Below are positions 9,214 to 18,970 of a stretch of 64,000 nt of DNA, piece by piece (positions within the stretch are counted from its first letter, which is position 1; each line of letters opens with the position of its first letter). Origin of the DNA: Candidatus Binatia bacterium (GTDB lineage: Bacteria; Desulfobacterota; Binatia; Bin18). A program made the translations under genes and the position numbers. The stretch is from positions 1 through 64,000 of the forward strand of contig CAXXHG010000039.1 in the NCBI GenBank assembly GCA_963666315.2, given 5' to 3'. The notes beneath the pieces were generated by a model. That model saw only the letters and a program-made list of their open reading frames with translations. It had not been told where the DNA came from and did not search any database.

Positions 9214-10404
9214 ATGGACCTGTCGTTTTCTCCTGAGGAAGAACAATTCCGCCAAGACCTGCGTGACTGGCTGCAAGGCAATCTGCCCGACGGCTGGGGG
9301 ACTTCTTTTAAAATGCCAAAGGGAGAATCTCGGCTGGAATTTCTGCGCAGCTGGCAGCGCCGTTTGCATGCAGGCGGATATTTAGGCCTGTCCTGGCCTA
9401 AAGAGTACGGTGGGCGCGGGGCGTCCATGATCGAAATGGCGATCTTTAACGAAGAAATGGCTCGCGTCGAGGCTCCCGGTCCGCTGAATGTTCTAGGACT
9501 GGGCATGGCCGGACCAACGATTATCGTGCATGGCACAGAAGAACAGAAACAGCGCTATTTGCCCAAGATTCTGAACTGCGAAGAAATCTGGTGTCAGGGA
9601 TTTTCTGAGCCTGACTCAGGATCGGATGTAGCCTCGGTACGCACGCGCGCCGAACTTAGGGGCGATGAGTTCATCGTGAACGGACAAAAAGTGTGGACGA
9701 GTCTGGCGCATGTGTCCGACTGGTGCATGCTGCTGGTGCGGACCGACCCTGATGCGCCGAAACATCGCGGCATGTCTTATATTCTGGTTGATATGAAAAG
9801 CCCCGGCGTGATAGTCAAACCACTCCGGCAGATGACCGGGGATGCAGATTTTAATGAAGTCTTTCTTGAAGACGTACGCGTGCCGCGCCGGAACCTGGTG
9901 GGCGAGTTGAACAACGGCTGGGGCGTTGCGTTAACGACGCTCATGAACGAGCGTGGAACCGCGTCGTTTGGAACCCAGGCGCGTTTTCGCATTGTCTTGG
10001 ATAATCTGGTTGCTTTGGCAAAAAAGTCTCCTATGGGAAACCAACCCGCCGCACACAATCCGCTCGTCCGCCAGCAGCTGGCCCAGCACTATATTGACGT
10101 TGAGATTCTCAAGTATAACTGCTTTCGGAATTTTACGCGCTTGCTGCGCGGGGGAACGCCCGGTCCGGAAGGCTCTATTCTGAAGCTCGGTTGGAGTGAG
10201 TTGAACCAACGCATGCAAGAGACCGCCATGACGTTAGAAGGCGCGTATAGTCAGCTTGTGCGCACGTCGCTGTGGGCCGTAGAGAGTGGTCGCTGGCAAC
10301 ATCATTTTCTTCGCTCGCGGGCGAATACGATTGAGGCTGGCACCTCGGAGATCCAGCGTAATATCATTGCCGAACGTGTGCTCAAGCTGCCGAAAGGGCA
10401 TTAG
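9214..10404 (+). CDS. Acyl-CoA dehydrogenase family protein
   Basis: WCQGFSEPDSGSD, NGQKVWTS, FNEVFLEDVRVP, TIEAGTSEIQRNIIAER; GGAGG RBS before ATG 9214. Confidence 0.95.
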   Translation: MDLSFSPEEEQFRQDLRDWLQGNLPDGWGTSFKMPKGESRLEFLRSWQRRLHAGGYLGLSWPKEYGGRGASMIEMAIFNEEMARVEAPGPLNVLGLGMAGPTIIVHGTEEQKQRYLPKILNCEEIWCQGFSEPDSGSDVASVRTRAELRGDEFIVNGQKVWTSLAHVSDWCMLLVRTDPDAPKHRGMSYILVDMKSPGVIVKPLRQMTGDADFNEVFLEDVRVPRRNLVGELNNGWGVALTTLMNERGTASFGTQARFRIVLDNLVALAKKSPMGNQPAAHNPLVRQQLAQHYIDVEILKYNCFRNFTRLLRGGTPGPEGSILKLGWSELNQRMQETAMTLEGAYSQLVRTSLWAVESGRWQHHFLRSRANTIEAGTSEIQRNIIAERVLKLPKGH

Positions 10405-10547
10405 ACGGAGGCATTTGGAACACTGGGACGTGCCCCACGCTAGAGACACAGTAGGCTCCGCCGCTACCCACTTGCAACCAGCTGACAGGGTGTCTAACTC
10501 TGACTAAAGACACACGAAAATGTGACAACTGACTATGGGGAATCAGT

Positions 10548-11510
10548 ATGGATAAAACCCTGATGCTCGGACTCTACCGGGGTATGATACGCATCCGTCG
10601 CTTTGAGGAAGAAGCGGCACGTTCATACTCGCGGGGCAAAATAGGCGGCTTCCTGCATCTGTATAACGGCCAGGAGGCGGTTGCCGTTGGGGCGATGTCG
10701 GCCGTTGAACCTACGGATTATATTGTCGCGACCTATCGCGATCACGGCCATTACCTGGCCCGGGTGGGCGACATGAAGGCGGCTATGGCCGAGCTGTTCG
10801 GGAAAGCGGACGGCTGTTCCAAAGGCCGGGGTGGCTCGATGCACTTTTTTGATGTGGCCAAACGCTTTATGGGCGGCCATGCCATTGTGGGCGGCCATAT
10901 CCCGATTGCCGTCGGTATTGCCTTTGCCGCAAAATATCGTGGTGAGCCGGATGTCACGCTGTGTTTCTTTGGTGAAGGCACGGCCAATATGGGTGCTTTC
11001 CACGAAGGGCTGTCGCTCGCTGCACTGTGGAAACTCCCCGTGGTTTTTATCTGTGAGAATAATTTATATTCCATGGGAACACCGTTGTACCGTACCCTGT
11101 CGGTTGAGGATGTTGCCGTCCGCGCCAAAGGCTACCCCATGGCACAGGAGATTGTGAACGGCGACGACGTGCTTGAGGTCAGAGAAACAGTGCGACGAGC
11201 AGCCAAGCGGGCGCGGACTAAAAGCCTGCCTATTTTAGTCGAGGCCAAGACCTATCGCTTTCGTGGCCACTCGATGTCCGATCCGGCCAAGTATCGGACC
11301 AAAGAAGAAGTCAAGAAATGGATGGAGCGCGATCCTATCCGGCTTTTGGCAGACCGGATCTACGCCTTAGGGATTGCCAATGAAGAACAGCTGAAAGCCA
11401 TTGACGATGAGGCTAAGCAAGCGGTTGCCGACGCGGTCGCGTTTGCAGATGCGGCCGCCCCACCTGAAACGTCTACTCTGTTCGATGATATCTATTACGA
11501 ACCGCCGTAA
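10548..11510 (+). CDS. pdhA: Pyruvate dehydrogenase E1 alpha subunit
   Basis: GFLHLYNGQEA, GRGGSMH, FFGEG...N ThDP-binding motif, TYRFRGHSMSDP. Confidence 0.95.
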   Translation: MDKTLMLGLYRGMIRIRRFEEEAARSYSRGKIGGFLHLYNGQEAVAVGAMSAVEPTDYIVATYRDHGHYLARVGDMKAAMAELFGKADGCSKGRGGSMHFFDVAKRFMGGHAIVGGHIPIAVGIAFAAKYRGEPDVTLCFFGEGTANMGAFHEGLSLAALWKLPVVFICENNLYSMGTPLYRTLSVEDVAVRAKGYPMAQEIVNGDDVLEVRETVRRAAKRARTKSLPILVEAKTYRFRGHSMSDPAKYRTKEEVKKWMERDPIRLLADRIYALGIANEEQLKAIDDEAKQAVADAVAFADAAAPPETSTLFDDIYYEPP

Positions 11511-11663
11511 CAGGATCAGGAAAAGCACGCACTCCCCGTCTCAAAGTCTCGTCGCCAGGCGCATGTATAGAGCGCGTATTCTCGTATTGATTGCCTGGAA
11601 GAGAAGCGAAGCCATTACATTCGGGACATAGCGAATCCGTAAAAGTGAAGAGGAAGAGCGCGT

Positions 11664-12641
11664 ATGCGAGAGCTGACATACCGAGTAGCGGTGCGAGAGG
11701 CGATGGCCGAAGAGATGGAACGCGACGAACGGGTGTTCCTGATGGGAGAAGAGGTCGGCCATTATAATGGGGCGTATAAAGTCTCAGAAGGATTGCTCGA
11801 CCGATTCGGCGAGCGGCGCGTTGTCGACACACCTATTGCCGAAACCGGGTTCGCCGGTGTCGGCATTGGGGCGGCCATGGTTGGGCTGCGACCCATCATT
11901 GAGTTCATGACGTGGAATTTCTCGTTGTGTGCCTACGACCAACTGGTCAATAACGCGGCCAAACTGCGCTATATGTCGGGTGGCCAAATTACCCTGCCCA
12001 TCGTGTTTCGCGGCCCGGGTGGATCCGCGCACCAGCTTGGCGCCCAGCACTCTCAGGCCGTGGAAGGTCTGTATGCCTATGTGCCCGGCCTGAAAGTGGT
12101 TGCACCCTCAACGCCGGCTGACGCCAAGGGCCTGCTCAAGACAGCCATCCGAGACGAGAACCCGGTGATCTTTATCGAGGCAGAGACGTTATATGGCCGC
12201 AAGGGACCGGTGCCGGAAGAGGAGTTCCGGATCCCTCTCGGCCAAGGCGAAGTCAAACGAGCAGGCAAAGATGTAACCATAGTGGCGTGGTCAAAGATGG
12301 TCCATGTGGCGTTGGATACGGCCACGGAACTGGCCAAGGACGGCATCGAATTGGAGGTCATTGATCCTCGGACCTTACGTCCACTCGACGACCGTATGAT
12401 CTTTGACTCAGTCAAGAAAACGAACCGGTGTATCATCGTGGAAGAAGGCTGGCCGTTTGCCGGCCTTGGGGCTGAGATCGCCTACCGAATCACCAAAGAA
12501 GGCTTCGACTATTTGGATGCCCCCGTCGTTCGTGTGACGGGAGAAGACGTGCCCATGCCGTATGCGAAGAATCTTGAGCATGAGGTGGTGCCCAATATTG
12601 AAAAAGTCGTGCGGGCTGTCAAGGATGTCTTGTATCGCTGA
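11664..12641 (+). CDS. pdhB: Pyruvate dehydrogenase E1 beta subunit
   Basis: GEEVGHYNGAYKVS, DTPIAETGF, EFMTWNF, AQHSQ, DVPMPYA. Confidence 0.95.
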   Translation: MRELTYRVAVREAMAEEMERDERVFLMGEEVGHYNGAYKVSEGLLDRFGERRVVDTPIAETGFAGVGIGAAMVGLRPIIEFMTWNFSLCAYDQLVNNAAKLRYMSGGQITLPIVFRGPGGSAHQLGAQHSQAVEGLYAYVPGLKVVAPSTPADAKGLLKTAIRDENPVIFIEAETLYGRKGPVPEEEFRIPLGQGEVKRAGKDVTIVAWSKMVHVALDTATELAKDGIELEVIDPRTLRPLDDRMIFDSVKKTNRCIIVEEGWPFAGLGAEIAYRITKEGFDYLDAPVVRVTGEDVPMPYAKNLEHEVVPNIEKVVRAVKDVLYR

Positions 12642-12658
12642 AGCGAAGGCAAAAGAGA

Positions 12659-12690
12659 GCCGGGGCGGTTCGTGAGCCGCCCCGGCGTTT
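12659..12690. terminator. Intrinsic terminator hairpin between convergent pdhB and the TPR gene
   Basis: GCCGGGGCGGTTC-GT-GAGCCGCCCCGGC stem followed by GTTT. Confidence 0.7.
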
Positions 12691-13153
12691 ACGGCGGCGG
12701 AGCCGAAGCGGCTCCTTGGTGCTTATCCAGCTGTCGCTGGGCGCGGGAGAACTTGGGGTTGATGCGCACGGCCTCTTTGAATTCAGCGAGTGCCGCATCG
12801 GTCTGGTCGAGACGCAGATAGACTTCGCCTAGCTCATAGTGCGCAACGTCATCATCCGGGCAGATTCCCAGTCCAGCTTTGTAGTACGCGGCCGCGTCCG
12901 TATCCTCGGTCGCTTTGCGGGCCGCATCAAAATCACTAAAGGCCCGATTGCACGCCGTGTTTTGCTGCGCTTGTTGAGCGGTCTGCTGTCTGAGCGCCTC
13001 GGTCTCCTGCCGCAGCTGTTCGGCGTCTTGTCGTAAAGACTCGATTTCAGCCCGCTGCTGTTCGATAACAGAATTATCGAACAAGCTACACGCGCAGAAG
13101 AACAGGCTGACAGTACAAAGCAAGAATGAGCGGCGAGGGTTCTTCCCCATCAT
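12689..13153 (-). CDS. TPR-repeat lipoprotein
   Basis: Lipobox-like FCAC/S, coiled coil, TPR (AHYELGEVYL...EAVRINP). Confidence 0.75.
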   Translation of the reverse strand: MMGKNPRRSFLLCTVSLFFCACSLFDNSVIEQQRAEIESLRQDAEQLRQETEALRQQTAQQAQQNTACNRAFSDFDAARKATEDTDAAAYYKAGLGICPDDDVAHYELGEVYLRLDQTDAALAEFKEAVRINPKFSRAQRQLDKHQGAASAPPP

Positions 13154-13171
13154 CTTTCTTCTCTACTGTAT

Positions 13172-13948
13172 TTAGAAATTATCCTTGAGATAGCGCGTCT
13201 TCTCTAACACCGAGACGGGGTCGAGCGCGATCTGAGGGAATTCTTTCTTGACGTGCTCCTGGAGTTCCGCACTGTCAACGCGCACAAAAGGGTTAATTTC
13301 TTTTTCCTCTGCAACCGTGCCTGGGATGGTCGATTGGTTTTTTGCTCCCATCTCCTGAGCCCAGCGTAATTTTTCTTGGACCTTGATATTATTCGGTTCC
13401 AGCGTCAGAGCAAACTGAAGATTCTTGACCGTATACTCATGTCCGAAGTAGATCTTGGTATCGTCGGGCAACTGCATCAGCTTGACCATGTTGGCGTGCA
13501 TATCGGCCGCCGTGCCTTCAAACAGGCGTCCACAGCCGGCGATGAAGAGCGTGTCACCGGTGAACATCGATTTCTCGGCTTCGAAATACGCCACAATATG
13601 GCCACTGGTATGACACGGGACAAAGAGAAAGCGTGCCTCAAGATGCCCAATCCGGACCGTGTCGCCTTCATCAATCATATTCGTAATACACGGCGTGCGG
13701 GTCTCGTCACGCTTATGGCCGTACACCTTGAGGGCTGGGAACTCTTGGACCAATTCTTTATTGCCCCCGACGTGGTCCCAGTGATGGTGGGTATTGATAA
13801 TCGTGGTGAAAGTGACGCCCTCGCGTTTGATGACCTCAGCGACAGGCCCTGCCTCGGATGGATCGACCACGCCGGCCTCGTTCGTCGCCTCGTCTATGAT
13901 GAGATACGCGTAATTATCTGACAACACAGGGATGGGAATGATTTTCAT
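13172..13948 (-). CDS. gloB: Hydroxyacylglutathione hydrolase (glyoxalase II)
   Basis: DNYAYL, THHHWDHVGG, FTGDTLFIAGCGRLFEG, GHEYT, NPFVR; start at MKIIPIP with RBS. Confidence 0.95.
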   Translation of the reverse strand: MKIIPIPVLSDNYAYLIIDEATNEAGVVDPSEAGPVAEVIKREGVTFTTIINTHHHWDHVGGNKELVQEFPALKVYGHKRDETRTPCITNMIDEGDTVRIGHLEARFLFVPCHTSGHIVAYFEAEKSMFTGDTLFIAGCGRLFEGTAADMHANMVKLMQLPDDTKIYFGHEYTVKNLQFALTLEPNNIKVQEKLRWAQEMGAKNQSTIPGTVAEEKEINPFVRVDSAELQEHVKKEFPQIALDPVSVLEKTRYLKDNF

Positions 13949-13958
13949 TGCTCTCTCC

Positions 13959-15107
13959 TTACTGCTCCATGGGGAAGCCATACAGCTTGGCCACGTTTTC
14001 GTACACAAGCTTGCGTTGTACGTCTGCAGACAGATGGCTGAGTTGCTTTTGCAAAAACTCTTGCGAGTCGGGCCAGACGCCATCCGGATGAGGAAAGTCT
14101 GAGCCCCACATGACGTTATCCACGCCCACGCGTTCGATCATATCCAGGCCGGTCTGATCCTGCTGAAAGGTCGCATACATCTGCCGATACCAGTACTCGC
14201 TGGGCTTCATTTTGAGTTCGAGATCTTGAAACTGATCCTCCCACTCATAGTCCATGCGTTCCAACACATACGGGATCCAGCCTATGCCGGCTTCGCCGAT
14301 CACGACTTTGCACTGGGGATAGCGTTCCAACGCGCCGCCATAGATAACCGCGCCAATAAAGCCCGCGGTGGCAATCTGAAACTCGGTCAGAACCGTAGCC
14401 AGCCACATCCGCTTGGAGCGGTGGTCTGTGGCCCAGGTCATATCGAGCTTGGGTCCAATGGTATGCAGATGAACGGGAATACCCGTATCGTGTGAGGCCT
14501 CCCAGACTGGATTCCAGTCAAGATGCCACAACGGCATCATGTCGTGGCGGACGGGTAATTCCGCGCCTTTGAGGCCGAGCTTGGCGCAGCGCCGAATTTC
14601 CTGGGCGGTTTTCTCCGGCGAAGAGGCGGGTAAACTCGCCACTGCGGCAAAACGACCTGGGACCGCTTTGCAAAAGTCTGCGGCAAAGTCGTTATAGATC
14701 TGCACGACTGCATCCGTCACTTCAGGATCATCAATCCGAGACGCCGCACCCAGAATGCCGTAGACCACTTCGCCGACCACCCCGTCACGTTCCTGATCCT
14801 TGATCCGCAGTTCAGGCACGGTGGTGCGCATAATGCCGTTACTTTGGTCTTCGTACAGGCCGGTCGCAGCCATGCGGTCGGCGCGCTGGATCTGGCCGGG
14901 AATGTATTTGCGGCCGGCCGAGCCCATGCCGCCAGCCAGACCCATGCTGGTCCCATTATGGGCGACCCAGGTTTTCCCCTCCGAGGTATCGACGACCTTG
15001 GGCACTCTATCCTTTAAATGCGCCGGGGCATTGGCGGTAAACAAATCGGCGGGCAAACACGGAATATCTATATGGCCGTCAGCAGAAATGACCGGGTGAT
15101 TGAACAT
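13959..15107 (-). CDS. Amidohydrolase 2 family protein
   Basis: ISADGH, DQERDGV, GEAGIGWIPYVLERMD, MWGSDFPHPD. Confidence 0.9.
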   Translation of the reverse strand: MFNHPVISADGHIDIPCLPADLFTANAPAHLKDRVPKVVDTSEGKTWVAHNGTSMGLAGGMGSAGRKYIPGQIQRADRMAATGLYEDQSNGIMRTTVPELRIKDQERDGVVGEVVYGILGAASRIDDPEVTDAVVQIYNDFAADFCKAVPGRFAAVASLPASSPEKTAQEIRRCAKLGLKGAELPVRHDMMPLWHLDWNPVWEASHDTGIPVHLHTIGPKLDMTWATDHRSKRMWLATVLTEFQIATAGFIGAVIYGGALERYPQCKVVIGEAGIGWIPYVLERMDYEWEDQFQDLELKMKPSEYWYRQMYATFQQDQTGLDMIERVGVDNVMWGSDFPHPDGVWPDSQEFLQKQLSHLSADVQRKLVYENVAKLYGFPMEQ

Positions 15108-15277
15108 AGCTCTTTCTCCGTCCTTAGATTTTTTTTGGTCTGTAGAACGCAGCCTACAGGTGTTTTCATAGCAGAAAGCAGTACGCGGAGGAAAGCGGGA
15201 GGTCTGCCTTGTGATACACACAGACCTATGAAACAACAAAGTTCTCCGGGCTCTCTGGGCCCTCTGGAATCCGCATT

Positions 15278-16447
15278 TTGAACTGGCGTATTTCTTATAC
15301 TCTGAATCTGGCGATTTTCACTTCTATGCTCGGCATGGGCATCGTCATTCCGTTCATGCCTATTTATGCTAAGACGCTGGGCGCGACCGGGGTCAGCATC
15401 GGCGTCTTTTTCGCCAGTTTTCCTCTGGCCCAGATGACCTTCATGCCCACCATCGGTCGGCTGTCAGATCAACGTGGGCGCAAGGCGTTTATTGCCGCCG
15501 GGCTGTTGTTGAGCAGTCTGACCTCCCTGGCCTATGTGTATGCCCCCAATATTATGTATTTGACCCTAGGCCGGTTTTTTCAAGGCCTTGCGGTTGCACT
15601 CATTCTCCCCATCGCCGCGGCATATGTGGGTGATCTCGCTCCGCCGGAAAAACGGGGCGAGTTGATGGGTATCTTTAATCTGTTTTTAACGAGCAGTATC
15701 GGCATTGGTCCCCTGGCCGGGGGGTGGCTGAGCGACACGTATGGTATGGCTGCCAGTTTTTATCTCATGGGCGGCTTGAACCTCGTAGCCTTTGTCTTTG
15801 TCTTCTTCTTTTTGGACGAGGTCCGCTCCGCTCACGAGGCGCGGCAACAACCACCGTCCTACCGTGAACTCTTGAGCCGGCCCGGTGTGCGTGGGATAGC
15901 CCTGTATCGTATGGTGACGGCCATTCAGATGGGGCTGTGGTTCTCTTTCTTGCCGCTGCTTGCGGTTGAAGTGTTACACATCAGCCAATCCCGCATAGGC
16001 ATTATCATGGCCGTCTATATGCTGGCGAACAGCCTGGTCCAGGTACCGTTTGGGCGGCTGGCCGATCGCTATAGTAAGCGGACCCTCATCATTATCAGCG
16101 GCTATCTGGCCTCCTTTGCTTTTGTGACCATCCTTTTTTCCCACAGCTTTTTGGATTTGCTGCTTATCAGCGGCTTCAGCGGGATCATGGGGGCCCTAGC
16201 CGGACCGGCATTGACCGCGATTGCGGCCGAAGAAGGCCAGCGGGGCGGCATGGGTGCCATTATGGGCGTGCTCAATATGGCGCTCAGCGCCGGCATGATG
16301 CTCGGCCCGGTGTTGGCGGGCCTGTTATCGGACGTTATCGGCCTGCGGCCCTTGTTTGGCTTTGGTGCGCTGGCGGGTGGTATCGGGACGCTGGTGTTTA
16401 CGTGGCTGATGCCGGACGAGAAGACGGCCGCGGTCGGTAATGGGTGA
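15278..16447 (+). CDS. MFS transporter (DHA1/TetA-like)
   Basis: About 12 TM segments; GRLSDQRGRK and GRLADRYSKR motif A copies. Confidence 0.92.
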   Translation: MNWRISYTLNLAIFTSMLGMGIVIPFMPIYAKTLGATGVSIGVFFASFPLAQMTFMPTIGRLSDQRGRKAFIAAGLLLSSLTSLAYVYAPNIMYLTLGRFFQGLAVALILPIAAAYVGDLAPPEKRGELMGIFNLFLTSSIGIGPLAGGWLSDTYGMAASFYLMGGLNLVAFVFVFFFLDEVRSAHEARQQPPSYRELLSRPGVRGIALYRMVTAIQMGLWFSFLPLLAVEVLHISQSRIGIIMAVYMLANSLVQVPFGRLADRYSKRTLIIISGYLASFAFVTILFSHSFLDLLLISGFSGIMGALAGPALTAIAAEEGQRGGMGAIMGVLNMALSAGMMLGPVLAGLLSDVIGLRPLFGFGALAGGIGTLVFTWLMPDEKTAAVGNG

Positions 16448-16479
16448 TCGGCTGAAACCTAAACCTGCATACCGAAAGA

Positions 16480-17886
16480 CTACGGAGCATACACCTCCGT
16501 AGTCGGGTAAAATGCATACCAGCCAAACCAATACGAGACATGCCCGCCGACTCGCGCGAGCTGTTCCTCAGTGCGTGGATTGAGCAGATATTCTTCGTGA
16601 ACCTGCCACACTTCTTTGCTTGTGAGTTCGGCCACAGAAGTCAGCGTCTCCCCAAGATCGAATGGACCGAATGGACCGAACGTATAATCCTTGCGTTCGT
16701 ATGCACGCACCGTGCGCGCCTGGGGCTCCGCAAGAATGGCGAGATTGACCCCGGCTACAGTATCGTTGACTACGCGCTTTGCTTGCAGGACCTCTAACGG
16801 ATAGGCACGCGGCTGGTTGTTGAGGCGTACAGCAAAAACATAACTCTTGGGCGCAAGGCGGCGGTTCCGAGGAGAAACGGGGAACATGGTATCCGGACTG
16901 GCAAAGTACTTGCCATAGGGCTGCCCTGGAGCGTAAGGGCGATCAAAGCCAGTCTTAATATCCAGGACAACGGTATCCGGATGGCTGGAAAGCCACTTTT
17001 CCCACGTTGTGATGACAACGGGTAAGACCTTCAATTTGATCCTGCTGTGAGCCAATTTGCCGACCACCGGCTCTCCGGTCAGATTGTGCCACAGACTATC
17101 GGTTTGATAGTCGTACATGAGTTTATTGCTGCGAAACAGAAAACCGGAAGAACCAAATGTATATGTCGTCCCACCCACGGTGGTATCGTACAGGATGCCT
17201 GATCCACACAACGTTCAATACGAGAGGGAGACAGGCTTCCCTCCTACCACATCATTGAACATCTCGTGCCAATCCAGAATGCGCAGTGGATAAGCACGGT
17301 GATCGCCATTGATCGAAATGCCGAAGACGAGCTCCTGTGGGGTCAAATAGACCGCCTCTTCGGGTTTAATATGGGCTGGATTTGTAAGGGCGGGAATGTG
17401 ACCTTTACGGACACCGCCCCAGACTATTTCCTCGATCCGTACCCGGTGTGGGAGGTCGGCCGCAAGAAAGGAGTCAAAGTTAGGATCGATCCGGCTAAAC
17501 AGGTGGGCTTTCCAAGCCCGAAACCCAGGGTTGGGATGGATTTCGTCATGTTTCTGAAGCCACTCGACCCAGTCGGCCCACTCCAGACCGAGGCGCTCGC
17601 CGGCGAGGTGCTCTTTGGCGAGGCGTTCCAAAATCCCAGTGATAAGTGGTGCTTCGCCTGCGTCGAAGCGCAGCAGCTCAATGAGGGCGGGAATGGCTCG
17701 GGGGTCTCCGAGGTCGTCCAGAGCGCCGAGGGCTCTCTCACGCGTACCCGGTGCCAAGTGGGTGAGATTACTGACCAGCGCATCCAAAAGAACAGTGTCC
17801 CGTGCCGAAGGCTGGCGGGCGGCGGGTACACTACTGAGCAACAACAGTATAGCAGCAACAGAAACGACGAATTGTCTCCGGTTCAT
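16480..17886 (-). CDS. DUF3179-domain selenoprotein with N-terminal HEAT-like segment and Tat-like signal; Sec at UGA 17215-17217
   Basis: ORFs 17215..18003 and 16480..17211 share a frame and are separated only by TGA, reading SLSY-U-TLCGSG where the family has YCxLCGS. IPAL..P, RAYPLRIL.WHE and FG.SG.L.RSNKLMYD motifs; start MNRRQFV at 17886 with GGAGG RBS. Confidence 0.85.
17180..17214 (-). promoter_or_regulatory. Candidate bacterial SECIS hairpin immediately 3' of the in-frame UGA
   Basis: mRNA after UGA: ACGUUGUGUGGAU-CAGGC-AUCCUGUACG. GGAU/AUCC upper stem, G-containing apical loop, CGU/ACG lower stem (folded by eye). Confidence 0.5.
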
Positions 17887-17905
17887 ACAGCCTCCTTCGT
17901 CTTGT

Positions 17906-18889
17906 TCACGATTCGGTCTCGCGTGCAGCGCCAAGTCCGGCTTGGGCTTGTTGACTCGGACTGAGAAATCGTACCGGAGAGGCGCCGCTTGCCACGGCAG
18001 CATTGGCTCGCAGGGCCTGACGAGGCGAGAGATCGACTAGTCGCAAGGACGTCCGCTGCAGAGCATATTTTTGATCTGCTGCTTTGGCGAGACGCAAGCG
18101 GGCTCGACTATAGTGCACGCGCTCTGCAAATACTGAGCGCGCGAGCTGTTCTTCTTCCTTGCTTTGGACGAAAATGCTGCTGGCACAGCCACGTCCATGA
18201 ACCTCTTGAAGAAGTGTTACGTACGAAATCTCATCTGGATCAAACCGAACTTCCACAACCTCGCGACCTTCGAGAAATCCGACCCGACTGCCTAACAACC
18301 CTGGGATTTGGCCTACACACGCTTCTCCACTCCAAAAGCACGGCACGGCAAAACTCGCCCGTCGTTCCCGCCGAGGGCGCAACTCATCAAGCGCAGTGCG
18401 CAGATAGGTAGGAATGGGTTGTTCCCGATGCTCTAAGGCTGTGACCATGCGTGTCCCAATTTCATACGGTGTCCAAATACCGGCACCCGAGGTAAGAGAT
18501 CCTTACTAGCTTGGTCGAGCAAGCGAACGACCGGATTATTCCATGCCGGCTCTCCGTAGCCGTCGCAGGATCTCCGCATCCTTACCCGATTTGTTATTAT
18601 ACACAAACACCGGCTCAAACGCGGTCTCAATCGCCTCCACAGGAAGGGGATGGCTCAACACCTGTTCCCCAAATGAGACACAGGTCTGACAACCAGGCAC
18701 TTCCTGAAAAAGGACAAAAACGGGCTTACCTGATGTTTGGGCAGCCAGCAGGGCATGATCGAGGTCTCGTCCCCATTGTATCTTGCCTAATTCCACAGGA
18801 GCGGCCTTACTACTTCCTAGTCCGTTGAGAAGAAACCCGCTCAGGAGAAGGCCCACCGCCATTAATTTATTGGCTTTTGTCATGCTCAC
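17906..18889 (-). pseudogene. Secreted VPG(C/U)xxT/C-family thioredoxin-like protein fused to an MsrA-like domain; two compensating frameshifts with an intervening stop
   Basis: Signal peptide; FQEVPGCQTC (TGT Cys); EPAWNNPVVR in a shifted frame (about 18560-18483); C-terminal CFWSGEA...GFLEGREVVEVRFDP MsrA-like motif. Confidence 0.75.
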
Positions 18890-18970
18890 TCCTCAGTGTG
18901 TGCACTAGGCTTTCCTATCAGATGTTCGCTCTTGGGGTTTGGGGTCTCAGGCCGAGTCTATATTCGCCCG

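Noticed and set aside
10548-12641. pdhAB without adjacent E2/E3 as a novel complex
   Set aside because: Split pdh loci are common; the partners are likely elsewhere in the genome.
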